In this document: positions 35,249-47,181 of the stretch, piece after piece
How positions within the stretch are numbered: the first letter of the stretch is position 1
How the letters are laid out: every line of letters starts with the position of its first letter
Assembly (NCBI GenBank): GCA_043228905.1
Contig: JBHGNT010000011.1
Coordinates: forward strand, 2,480,001 to 2,544,000
Source of the DNA: Azolla caroliniana
Taxonomy: Eukaryota > Plantae > Polypodiophyta
Direction: 5' to 3'
Length of the DNA stretch: 64,000 bases
Position numbers and translations under genes: made by a program
Notes under the pieces: model-generated
What the model saw: only the letters and a program-made list of their open reading frames with translations
What the model was told of the DNA's origin: nothing
Databases searched by the model: none

Positions 35249-37680
35249 CTTGTTTCATTCTCATACACAGGTCCTTCAACATCACAGATGTTGTTTGTTC
35301 TTCCGCACAGACGACCTTGTCCCCAACATTTGGTATCAGAGCTTTGGAGGTTCTTCAACCTGCTGCCGGCCATCATAGTACACCACACAACATTCTGTTT
35401 CTGTTTTTCTTGAAGAACAGAGAAGAGAGAAGACAAACAAGAAGTCTACATCTCACTGTGTTAAATCACTAATTGGAGTAAGCTAGCCGATTGTACTCTG
35501 CTCCTATGATTGTAACCACTTGAGATTGGTCTCCTGGCAACAACCAAATTTGTGCTTCATTCAGCTGATCGACATTTGGGAGGATCAGTTGGATCCGTCT
35601 CTCTCATCGCTGCAGTCATCCGAAGCAGAATCGGCCCAAACAATCGGTTTATTGTAATCGGTATTCGGCATACAATCGGAAGCTAACCGGGCTCACTCCG
35701 ACTCGACAACATTCGGGAAGACCAGCCGGCTCTGTCTCTCAAGTTATCGGAGTCAGTCCGAGCAAGTTCAGCAACAAGTATCCGAAACCAAACCGACTCG
35801 GGTTCAAAACCGACTAGAACGATATTGAGTGAACCAACCAACTGCAACCCACTAAGGTTCCTAGTCAACTCTGAACAAAGTTTTACCAACCGAAACCGAA
35901 TTAGATGGCATCAACATCCGGCTCATCGGAGATGAGTCTAATGACGTTCGACGGTTCGAACTTCAACTTCTGGAAGGAACAAATGCAGGACTTTCTCATA
36001 GAAAAGGGTCAGATAGACCCGATTGAGAATGAAAATCCTCCAGAAGCATACAAGGCAAACGAGTGGCTAAAGATGGACAAAATCGTCCGCGCCACGATTC
36101 GGATGCACTTGTCAGAGTCAGTGTACTTCACAGTGCAATCATGCACGACAACTTTTGAACTTTGGAAAACACTGTCGGAAACTTATGAAAAGAAGGTCAC
36201 CGCAACGAAGATGTATCTGATCCGGCGCCTCTACAAGTTGTGGATGAAAGAATCCGATTCGGTTCAGGCACACCTCAATGAGTATGAAAGCCTAAGCTCC
36301 CAAATATCGTCTCAGGGGATGACAATAGAGGATAAACTCAGAGCAATGATACTCATGAGTAGTCTCCCCTCTTCTTGGGAAACTTTCATCACAACTGTGT
36401 GCAATGCTTCAACAACTGCCATTAAGTACTCTGAAATCATGAGCGCAATCCTGACTGAAGCAGCTCGGAGAAAGTCTTTCGCCAAAGACTCGGCAGATGA
36501 AGCTTACGTAGTACAAGGTTCGACCGACCGATCGAACAACCGGGGAAGAAGTTCTTCCCGACCGCCTAACAATCAACGAAGTCGGAGCAAGTCCTGGGAC
36601 AACCGAATCTGCAACTATTGCAAGAAACCGGGACACATCAAAGCCGACTACGGGGCACTCAAAGAAAAAACCGACAAAGCTCAAAGAGCGGATCAGAAGA
36701 GTAGCCGGAATGAGGAGGTCAACTACGTCGGCTCTTCAACCAAAATTTTGACAACTGACCCGAACATACTGTCCATAGAGAACCCAGTCGAATTAGAAGT
36801 TCTGCTTATGACTGAGGAATCGAGCACATGGCTCCTGGACTCGGGCGCATCGTATCATGTGAAACCTCACCGATCTTAGTTTTGGCAATACTCGGACCGG
36901 CACTCCGACTCAGTTTGAGTCGGGAACTCGCAACACTGTGCCATAATTGGAATCGGCACTGTAGAGCTCAACCTTCCGGGTGGCTCTACACTCGTACTAC
37001 ACAACATCCAACACGTTCCTGAGCTTTCAAGACCCTTGATCTCAGTCAAACAACTTGACGAAGCTGGCATTCGTGCCGGGTTCTCGTCAGGAGGGTGGAC
37101 ACTCCACAAAGGGAACCTCCTGCTTGCTCGAGGACCAAAGGTACATTCCTTGTACCCTTTATATGTCACAATCAAAGAGGGTGACCTATTTTTGGTTGAT
37201 ATCCCTGTGTCATCGTTATGGCACAGACGACTTGGACACCTCAGCAAGGCCGGCATAACGCACCTATCTAGAGCCGGTTACATTCCCAAGCTCTCCTTCT
37301 CGGATCACCAATTCTGCGAGCATTGCCAGTACGGCAAATAGGTAGCCACATCACACCCGGCATGAGCACCAAGAGAATTGAGTCCCCTCGATTTTGTCCA
37401 CTCGGACGTCTGTGGCCCGATGTCACATCAGTCACTCGGCGGTGCTTCGTACTTCGTCAGTTTTATTGATGACTCGACTCGGAAGGTGTGGGCTTACCCC
37501 ATTAGAACCAAAGATCGGGTGTTCTCGATCTTCTCCGAATGGCTTGCAATGGTTGAAAACCAGACCGGTCAGAAACTAAAATGTCTCCAAACCGATAATG
37601 GAGGAGAATTCAAGTCTGACGAATTCGTCAAATTTTGCTGGGAACGCGGCATTCGACGTGAATATACGGCACCCTATTAT
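35018..37680 (+). mobile_element. Ty1/Copia family C element (5' LTR, gag, PR, partial IN)
   Basis: LTR 35018-35328, PBS TGGTATCAGAGC 35331-35342, gag-PR ORF 35905-36879 (CNYCKKPGH, WLLDSGAS), LWHRRLGH, VHSDVCGP, TDNGGEF. Cut at 37681. Confidence 0.9.
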
Positions 37681-37751
37681 TGTCAATTTTAGGGTTAACA
37701 TTTATGATGATTGGTGATAAGCATTCAGATATTGATTATGACATTGATAGT
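37681..37751. mobile_element. Start of an unidentified insertion D (probable LTR), continuing at 63785-64000
   Basis: Begins with TG where the Copia C integrase breaks. It is split by element A2, with TSD ATAGT on both sides. Confidence 0.55.
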
Positions 37752-38675
37752 TGTTGAGAGACAAGCTCAACATCGGCCCGATCGGCTGAAGAAGCCGAGG
37801 ACCGGATCGGTTGGGACCGATCGGTTAGGCCGTTAGGAAAGATATTCCGTGAGGAATATATTTGGGAGTTAGTGTAAGAGCTCTTAATGAGCATTGAAGT
37901 ACTGTCAGTACTTCGATCAGTCCTCCTAGGACTTGTACAAAGTGTTCATTGAACACATATATGTTGTTGTTGTTTCTTTTTTAAAATATACACACACATT
38001 CTCTCCCGCGTATATTGTGTAAGCTCAAGCTCTCCATTAAACCTGAGTGTTCTTCCTTCTGTTCTGTCTTTATACTTGCTTCCGCACGGTACTTTCTACA
38101 TGGTATCAGAGCGCGAGGGTTGAGAACCTCTCTGCAGTCGACACAGCTTGACGAAGAAGAACAAGAGGAACGATGGATAGAGGCATGGCGAGCTCGCTTC
38201 CAACAGAACCAACTACGCGTCTTGGTCCTACAAGATGCACCAGTACCTGCTCGGGCACGGCTACTGGAGTTATGTCGAAGGAGCTAATGACGCGGCACCC
38301 GAATCGACACACAGAGACTTCCCGTCATGGGAGCAATCGGCGAGCAGGGTATTATACTTCTTCGCGTCGTGTGTGGGCGAACAACTATTGAGCTATGTTC
38401 GGGATGCAAAGACGCCGAAGGGTGCGTGGGAAAATCTGAAGCAGATTTTCGCCGCGAGCACCACAGCTAGGAAGCTTTAGCTCCGACAGGAGTTGAGCAA
38501 CCTACGACAATGCGACTTGTCGGTGGCGGACTATACTTCGAAGATCAAGGATATCTGCGACTCCCTCGCCTCCATAGAGGTGAACATCGAGGAGAGCGAG
38601 ATGGTCCAGATCGGTCTCGGAGGTTTGGCATCGAAGTTCGGAGCGATCCGAACGGCTGTGTGTACCCGGGAGAAT

Positions 38676-41600
38676 TGTAAAAAGTAGCGTGCGGAAGCAA
38701 GTATAAAGACAGAACAGAAGGGAGAACACTCAGGTTTAATGGAGAGCTTGAGCTTACACAGTATACGCGGGAGAGACCGAGAGAGTTTAAGAGAAGACAC
38801 CAAAGGGAGAATATATTATGAAAGACAAAAAACTATACATATATGTGTTCAATGAACACTTTGTACAAGCCCTAGAAGGACTGAGTGGAGTACTGACAGT
38901 ACTTCAATGCTCATTAAGAGCTCCTACACTAACTCCCAAATATATTCCTCACGGAATATCTTTCCTAACGGCCTAACCGATCGGTCCTAGCCGATCCGGC
39001 CCTCAGCTTCTTCAGCTGATCCGGCCGATGTTGAGCTTGTCTCTCAACACCCCCCCTCAAGCTCAACTTGAGGCTCTTCGGGATCTTCACAGCTCCGATT
39101 CCTCCTGGCTTCACGCCTCGCTCGCGCTCCTCGACCTGTTTGACTCTGCGCTCTTCGACCCTTACGGTCGGCTTTTCTACTCATGTGACCTTTATCAGCT
39201 CTTCTGCTGTTGCGGTGTCGACACTTTTTCTGCTTGGGCCTCGGTTGATTCAACGTGTGTTAATCAAACATCCGAACCGACTCGGCTACCTCCGATCGGT
39301 TTTCTCTCTTGTCCGAGTTGGCTGTCTCCAACTCGTCTTCGGTCTTCTCTCCCTCGATGGCGTCGTCTCCCCAATGCGTGGTTGGCTTCGGCTCTTTCCT
39401 TCGGCTGCTCCCCTTCTGTCCGCTTTTGGACTTTTCCGTGGGTCCGCCCTCGGCTTCTTCAGCCGATCCGAAGTCGAACTTGACAACCAAGTCAACAGCC
39501 GAGTCAGCCGACTCGGTATCACGGCCTCCGCTCCTTTCCTGCTGCTTTGCTTGGTCGTTCGGGACTGTTCTCCCCCTCAAGCTCGGCACATCGAGGTGAC
39601 GCAACCTGAGCGCACCTGAGAATTGCCACAACTTGTCCAGACCAAGAGGCTTTGTGAAGATGTCGGCAGTCTGCCGATCCGTCGTCACGTACTGAAGTTC
39701 GACTTCATCGGAAAGGACACGCTCACGGACGAAATGGTAATGCACCTCAATGTGCTTGGTTCGTGCGTGGAAAACGGGGTTCTTCGCGAGCTGGATGCTG
39801 CTGAGGTTGTCGCAGTAGATTGTCGTTGGATCTGACACCTCCTCTTGCAGGTCCTTAAGTAGCCGCTTCAACCATATGGCTTCGCATGTCGCGACAGTCG
39901 CTCCTCGGTACTCAGCTTCGGTGCTCGACAGGGAAACTGTTGGCTGCTTCTTACTGCTCCACGCGATCGCGGCACTCCCGAGGGAGAACGCGTATCCGGA
40001 CGTGGATCGGCGATCGGCGGCATTGCCAGCCCAATCAACATCGGTGTAGTCGACTAATCGCGCGGTTGCACCGGTCCGATATAGCAGTCCTCGGTCCTTA
40101 GTGCCGTTGACATACCGAAGTATGCGTTGCGCACACTGAAGGTGCTCCTCGGTAGGTCGCGCCATGAACTGACTGATCACTCCGACCGGATAACTGAGGT
40201 CGGGTCGGGTGATGGTCAAGTATATGAGGCTTCTGACAATTTGTCGGAACCTCGTCGGGTCCCATACCTTTCCCGTATCGGGACGAAGCTTGATGGTTCT
40301 GTCCAGAGCAGTCGAGACGGACTTACAGTCGGCCATCTCGAGTTTGAAGAGCATTCCCAGCACGTAATGACGTTGGCTGATCAATATGCCTTCGGGGGTA
40401 CGGATCACTTCGATCCCGAGGAAGTAATGAAGGTCCCCCAGATCCTTCATGTTGAACGATGCCGCAAGTTGGAGCTTCACGCGGTCGATTTCACCTAGGT
40501 CGGCGCCGGTGATGACCATGTCATCAACATATAGTAGAATACTAACCGGTCCGAGTCGACCTTTCCGGATGAACAGGGAAGAGTCTGATTTTGAAGTGAC
40601 GGCACCCATCCAACGCAGTTGTTGCGTGATCTTCGCGTTCCAGGCACGCGGGGCTTGCTTCAGTCCGTAAAGGGACTACTTCAGTCGGCATACTGCCGAG
40701 GAGTTTGTTCCGGAGGGAAATCCGGGGGGCTGTACCATGTACACCTGTTCCTCAAGGTCGCCTTGCAGGAACGCATTCTTTACATCCATCTGATGTAAGT
40801 GCCATCCCTTCACCGCAGCTACTGCGAGCAAAACACAGACGTTCGTCATTTTCGCGACCGGCGCAAACGTCTCATCGTAGTCGATGCCGTGTTTCTGCGC
40901 GTAGCCCTTTGCCACTAGCCGAGCCTTGTACCGGTTGACCGAGCCATCAGTGTTGTACTTGACCTTGTACACCCACCTACACCCGATCGGTTTTACCCCT
41001 CTTGGTGCGTCAACCAGGTCCCAGGTCTTGTTCTCCGCCAATGCATGCATCTCTTCCTCCATTGCGGCACGCCAATTCGCGTCTTTAGCCGCTTTTGCGT
41101 AGCTCTCCGGCTCACGCACTTCCGCTACACGGGTCATGTACGCATAATGATGCGCCATGTACTCGTTGTATTCGAATCGCAAAACAGGATTCTTCTGGTG
41201 GGTAGATCGGCGTAATCTCACATTAGCCGATGTCGAGGCCTTCTCGGTCGACGCGGTCTTCACCTTTAAAGACCCGTCACCTGTTCCCTCGGAGTCGGAC
41301 TCGCGTCGGTCTGACTCGTTCCTTTCCGTGCTGGAATCCGACACCTTCTTCTTATCTTTCGCTTTGTGCGTAAGCCGTCTCCTCGGCTTCCTGCGCGGGG
41401 AATGCACGGCCGAGTCTCCACTACTCGCCGGCTCTTCATCGGACTGGTCGTACCGACTCAGTCGTCCAATCAGTCCACTTAATCGGAGTGAAATCGGACT
41501 CTCTTCATGGGTCTCGATTTCGGGCTCATCCAGAGGCATCTCGGCCTTGCTGACCTCATCGTCAGAGCTCGGATTGGAGTTGAGGTTCGTCAAACACAAC

Positions 41601-44173
41601 GTCGCGGCTGACACACGCTTGTTTGGTGCGAGGGTTATAGCACTTATAACCCTTCTGCTCGTCGGAGTAACTGACCAAGATGCATTTCTCGGCCTTTGCG
41701 TCCAACTTCCTCCTTTTCTCCTTCGGTATATGCACATACGCAATGCTACCGAACACCCTCAAGTGTCGCAAGTTCGGCTTCGTTCCGAAGTATAGCTCGT
41801 GCGCCGACACTTTGTCTCCAATCCGGTTCTGGATGTATACCGCGGTCCTTACCGCCTCGGCCCAATAGAACTTGGGCAAGCTCTTCTCCTCCAGCATTGC
41901 CCGTGCTGCTTCCACAACTGACCGATTCTTCCTCTCGGCCACGCCGTTCTGCTCTGGCGTGTATCTACAACTTAATTCGCGCCGAATTCCCATTTGTTGT
42001 AGATAACCGTTGAATTGACCGGAAAAGTACTCTTTCCCGCCATCTGACCGCAGACACTTGATCTTTCGTCCCGTTTCCGTTTCCACGAACCCTTTGAGGT
42101 CCCGGAAACAGTCGAAGACTTCGCTCTTCCTCTCAATGAGGTAGATCCACGTGTGCCGCGTGTGGTCATCGATGAAGGAGACGAAATATCGGCTCCCGCC
42201 AAGACTAACGTTTTGTGCCGGCCCCCATACATCGGAGTGTATAAGGTCGAGCTTGTTCCGGCTCTGATTTCGCTCGTTGGGGAAAGGAAGTCGGTGTTGC
42301 TTCCCGAGCTGGCAGGCTTCACAAATTTGTGCCTTTTGGCCACTAAATTTGGGCAATCCGAACACTACCTGTTTCGATTGCAGATCTTGAAGCCGCTGGT
42401 GGTTGACGTGGCCTATCCGCTTGTGCCACAAGTCGATGTCCGACTCGGATTTTTGTCCCTTCGCGAACATTGCGGTGCCACCGTCAGTGGAGTCGAGGAT
42501 GAACATCCTCCCGTCTCTGCGCCCTTGCGCAATCACACGACCTTCTTCCTCAATGAAGCACCCGAGGTGTGTAAACCGAACCTCTATCCCTTGGTCGACG
42601 ATCTGTCCGACCGGGACCAAGTTTTTCGTGATCGTCGGAACGTGCAACATGTTCATGAGTTTCCCTTTCTGCCCGACATGGCTAAGGGGAACTTCTTCGA
42701 CATTCACGATCGGATGCGGAGTGTCGTCTCATGTTGCGGCTACTCCAGGTTGTATTGGTTTTTCAAGGTACGAGAACCACTCCTTATGGCTCGTCATGTG
42801 GTTTGACGCGCCAGAGTCTACGTACCACACCTCGTCCGATCTCGGGGTGCTCTGTTTCATTGAGTTTGCTTCGTGTCTCGACACGAAGGCAGACCCTTCT
42901 CCGGCTCTCCCGGAGTCTTCGGCGTAGTACGATCGCTGCCGATTTCCCTTGTCGGTATGTTTGGAGCCGTTTCTCTCCGAATCGACGCGCTTCTTCCAGC
43001 ACTCACTTTCCCTATGGCCTTTCTTGCCACAATACCAGCACTCCGCGATGGCCTTCCCTTGCCGGTTCTCATCGCTTCGACTCCCCCTGTTTCCGGAGTG
43101 TCCAAAGTTGCTGTCGGCATCACTTCGGTGCCTTCTTCCTTGATCTCGTTGGCCGCCTCCATTGCGCGCCGACTCGCCTCCTCCTCCACGTCCACGAGGC
43201 CTATCTCCCTCCGTGTACAACATTCTAATGTCCGTGTGCGTGCTTGTAGACGCACCCGCGTGGTTCTCCTCTACCAGGAGCATCGACTGTAAGTCGAAAA
43301 AGGACGGCGTATTCTCTCAGGTACACACAACCGTTCGGAACGCTCCGAACTTCGACGCCAAACCTCCGAGACAGATCTGGACCATCTCGCTCTCCTCGAC
43401 GTTCACCTCTATGGAGGCGAGGGAGTCGTAGATATCCTTGATCTTCGAGGTATAGTCCGCCACCGACAAGTCGCGTTGTCGTAGGTTGCTCAATTCTTGT
43501 CAGAGCTGAAGCTTCCTGGCTGTGGTGCTCGCGGCGAAAATCTTCTTCAGATTTTCCCATGCACCCTTCGGCGTCTTTGCATCCCGAACATAGCTCAATA
43601 GCTGTTTGCCCACACACGACGCGAAGAAGTATAATACCCTGCTCGCCGATTGCTCCCACGACGGAAAGTCTCTGTGTGTCGATTCGGGTGCCACGTCATT
43701 AGCTCCTTCGACATAACTACAGTAGCCGTGCCCGAGCAGGTACTGGTGCATCTTGTAGGACCAAGACGCGTAGTTGGTTCTGTCGAGCTTCTCTGGTTGA
43801 AGCGAGCTCGCCATGCCTCTATCCATCGTTCCTCTTGTTCTTCTTCGTCAAGCTGTGTCGGCTGCAGAGAGGTTCTCAACCCTCGCGCTCTGATACCATG
43901 TAAAAAGTAGCGTGCGGAAGCAAGTATGAAGACAGAACAGAAGGGAGAACACTCAGGTTTAATGGAGAGCTTGAGCTTACACAGTATACGCGGGAGAGAC
44001 CAAGAGAGTTTGAGAGAAGACACCAAAGGGAGAATATATTATGAAAGACAAAAAACTATACATATATGTGTTCAATAAACACTTTGTACAAGCCCTAGAA
44101 GGACTGAGTGGAGTACTGACAGTACTTCAATGCTCATTAAGAGCTCCTACACTAACTCCCAAATATATTCCTC
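38676..44173 (-). mobile_element. Copia family A element A3, near full length, inserted antisense in A2 gag
   Basis: 3' LTR 38676-39049, PPT 39050-39056, RH, RT (YVDD), IN, PR (WYVDSGAS), gag (CWYCGKKGHRESEC), PBS 43887-43898. 5' LTR 43899-44173 is truncated. Confidence 0.92.
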
Positions 44174-44336
44174 GTAGACTCTGGCGCGTCAAACCACATG
44201 ACGAGCCATAAGGAGTGGTTCTCGTACCTTGAAAAACCAATACAACCTGGATGTTGGGAGACAGGTCCCTCCGGATGGGAAGGGAGAAGAACAGTGCCGA
44301 CGAACAAACTCGGCCGAGGCCGATAGGCCAATGCCG

Positions 44337-44505
44337 AATCCGTATGAGGTGTACCCGGCTACGGAGAGCCGGATGGTGCAGGCCCGGTGTGAACCGGATG
44401 AGGAGTACCCGGCTACGGAGAGCCGGATGGTGCAGGCCCGGTGTGAACCGGATGAGGAGTGCCCGGCTACGGAGAGCCGGATGGTGCAGGCCCGGTATGA
44501 ACCGG
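44337..44505 (+). repeat. 54-bp tandem repeat in B2 U3 (3 copies here; 4 copies at about 55713-55935)
   Basis: Unit gaaccggatgaggagtacccggctacggagagccggatggtgcaggcccggtgt. Confidence 0.9.
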
Positions 44506-47181
44506 AGGAAGAGACATATTCGTAAATATGTTTTTGAGAGCCCATCGAGGCTATATTTGTAAATAGCCGAAAAGTCATATTAGTATAAATATGACTTAGG
44601 GCAAACTTTTAAATGTTGTTGTCATTCTTCCTTGTTGGTGCAAGAAGAAGAGAGAGCGCGTAACTGTACAGAGAGAGAGAGAGAGAGAGAACGAGGTCGT
44701 TGCCTCTGTTGTAACCGCCGCCTGTGGCGAAGATCGTGAGTCCGAGGTCGTTGCCTCCGTGCACTCACTGTTTTGTACATTCATACATAGTGACAGTTTG
44801 CAGCCTGTGGGTTTCCGTGGTTTTTCCCCTAGTTTGGGGTTTTTCCACGTTAACCTCCTGTGTACCATTTCTCTTCTTTGTGTCGTGTTCTATTTACCGT
44901 TTTCTGTGTATGAAAAGAATCTCGGTTGTGGCCGAGTCTTGCGCATAAGGAACGACAAGTTCCCGTCAAGTGGTATCAGAGCGAAATCGACACAGAAAAT
45001 GGATGAATCGTTTGGCGGCATGTTCAAGCTCACCGGCTCCAACTATTCAGTGTGGAAGTCGAAGATGAGGGACATGCTCGTTGTTAAAGACCTCTGGCTG
45101 CCGGTTCAGTTCGGGGACAAGAGACCGGACAAAATCGACGCCGCGATATGGGAGGTGATGCACATGAAGACAACGGCGTACATACGGTGCTTCATCGACA
45201 TGAGCCTATACAACAACTTCAACGAAGAGAGCAAGGCTCATGAGCTCTAGGAGAAGATCGGCATAATGTTCCAAAACAAAAATGCTATCAATCAGGTGTC
45301 GGTATTCCGGAAGCTAGTAAGACTCCGGTACCAAGATGGCTCCAGCATGGTGGAGCACATGAATGCCTTCCAGGGGCTGATCCACCAGGCAACGTCATTG
45401 GAAGTACCTCTTGCCGACGAGGTACTAGTGCTACTCCTGCTCGGTTCCCTCCCAGATAGCTGGGAGACGTTGGTTGTCACTTTGGGCAACGCCAGGCCGG
45501 AGGGAAAGCGGTTATCCCTAGCAAGAGTAAAGTCGAGCTTGCTAGATGAGGAGGCGCGTCGGAAGGATAAAGATACGAGCTCCGACTCCAAAGCGCTGCT
45601 TACCGAATCGGAATGCGGAAGACATAGAAACCGTAGTCCCCAGAACTGGGAGAAGTCGGGGACACGGTCAAAGTCAAGGGGGAGGCCCACTTGCTTCTAT
45701 TGCGGCAAGCCGGTTCAACTTGCGGCAAGCCGGCCATCCGACACTGCCGGTGAGCTGTGGCACAAGAGACTGTGTCATATGAGCGAGAAGGGGATGAAGA
45801 GGCTTGCAGACGACAACCTCATTCTAGTGAAGAATGTGCACTTGGAGAAGTGCACTGATTGTCTGGCCGGTAAGCAGAACCGGACCTCCTTCCGACCAAG
45901 GCCACCGATGAGACGTAATGCACCACTGGAGCTGGTGCATACGGATGTGTGTCAAGTAGACACGAAGTCACATGCCAGAGCGCAGTACTTCGTGACGTTC
46001 ATAGATGACCACACCCGGAAGCTGTGGGCCACACCACTGAAGACGAAGGACCAGGTGCTATCCGTCTTCTAAGAGCTCCACGCGAGAGTGGAAAGAGATA
46101 CCGGCCGGAAGCTGAAAGCGGTTCGAGCAGATAACGGAGGAGAATATCGGGGGCAGTTCGAGGAGTACTGCCGCTCGAAGGGAATCCGACTCGAATTTAC
46201 CGTGCCGAAGACGCCGGAACTAAACGGACTGGCCGAGTGGATGAACCGGACCATAATGGAGAGGGTCCGGAGTATGCTAGCGCATGCAAAACTACCCAAG
46301 AAGTTTTGGGCTGAGGCACTGTCGACGGCGACATACGTGATAAATAGATCACCCTCAGTACCCTTGGACGGAGACACGCCACAGAGAGTGTGGACCGGTA
46401 AGGAAGTATCCTACCGGCATCTGAAGGTGTTCGGGTGTCTCGCGTTGTCGTGAAGAAAACCGCCCACAAGAGGAATCGGAGGAACAAGGCGTGGGAAACG
46501 GCTCTACACACACGCGCGCCAAGAAGTACCTAAGGACGAAGCAGGTGCATGCGAGGATCCTAGGTGGGTAGATTCGGTTGGTATGCAGTTAATGCCAAAC
46601 GGCCTCTTGACGGGATATAAAAAGGAAGAGGAAGAATAGAACGGGGGATCTCGCGCGGAGAGGACGAAGTGCTGCCGAACCGATTTCGGAGCTCCTCTCT
46701 CACTCCTGCTTTCTCTGTCTTCTGCTCCCTCGCGTACCTGTGCAGGTTTCGAGGAGGCTTGCGCTGTTCCGTGGAACGCCCCCGAGTGCGTCCTGCAGCA
46801 CCTCCGACCTGTTTTCCCTTTCTGTGCGCCGCGTCATACAGGGGTCGGCATCTGTTCGCCGCCCTGTTCGTTTTCGTTATATCTATTCCGTGCCCCACCG
46901 TGGGTTGTAATACTTTAGTCTGTTATTTTCTTGCATTCATAAGTACATATCTTTCGTTGTTGCGTCCATCTGCGTCGGCGTTTATTTGTGATCTCTGTTT
47001 GTTGGGCCGTGTCCCTGTGCAATCTTCGGTTCTCTGTAATCGGGTCTCTCTCTCTTACCTCTCTCTCTCTTGCTCTTCGGTCCAAGACCCCCGTGGTCCC
47101 TCCTCCTTTCTGCGCGCAAGGGCGTAGCAACCCCGACATCTTGGTGAACCCGACGTGAAAGAGGCGGCAGAAGAGCAGGAA

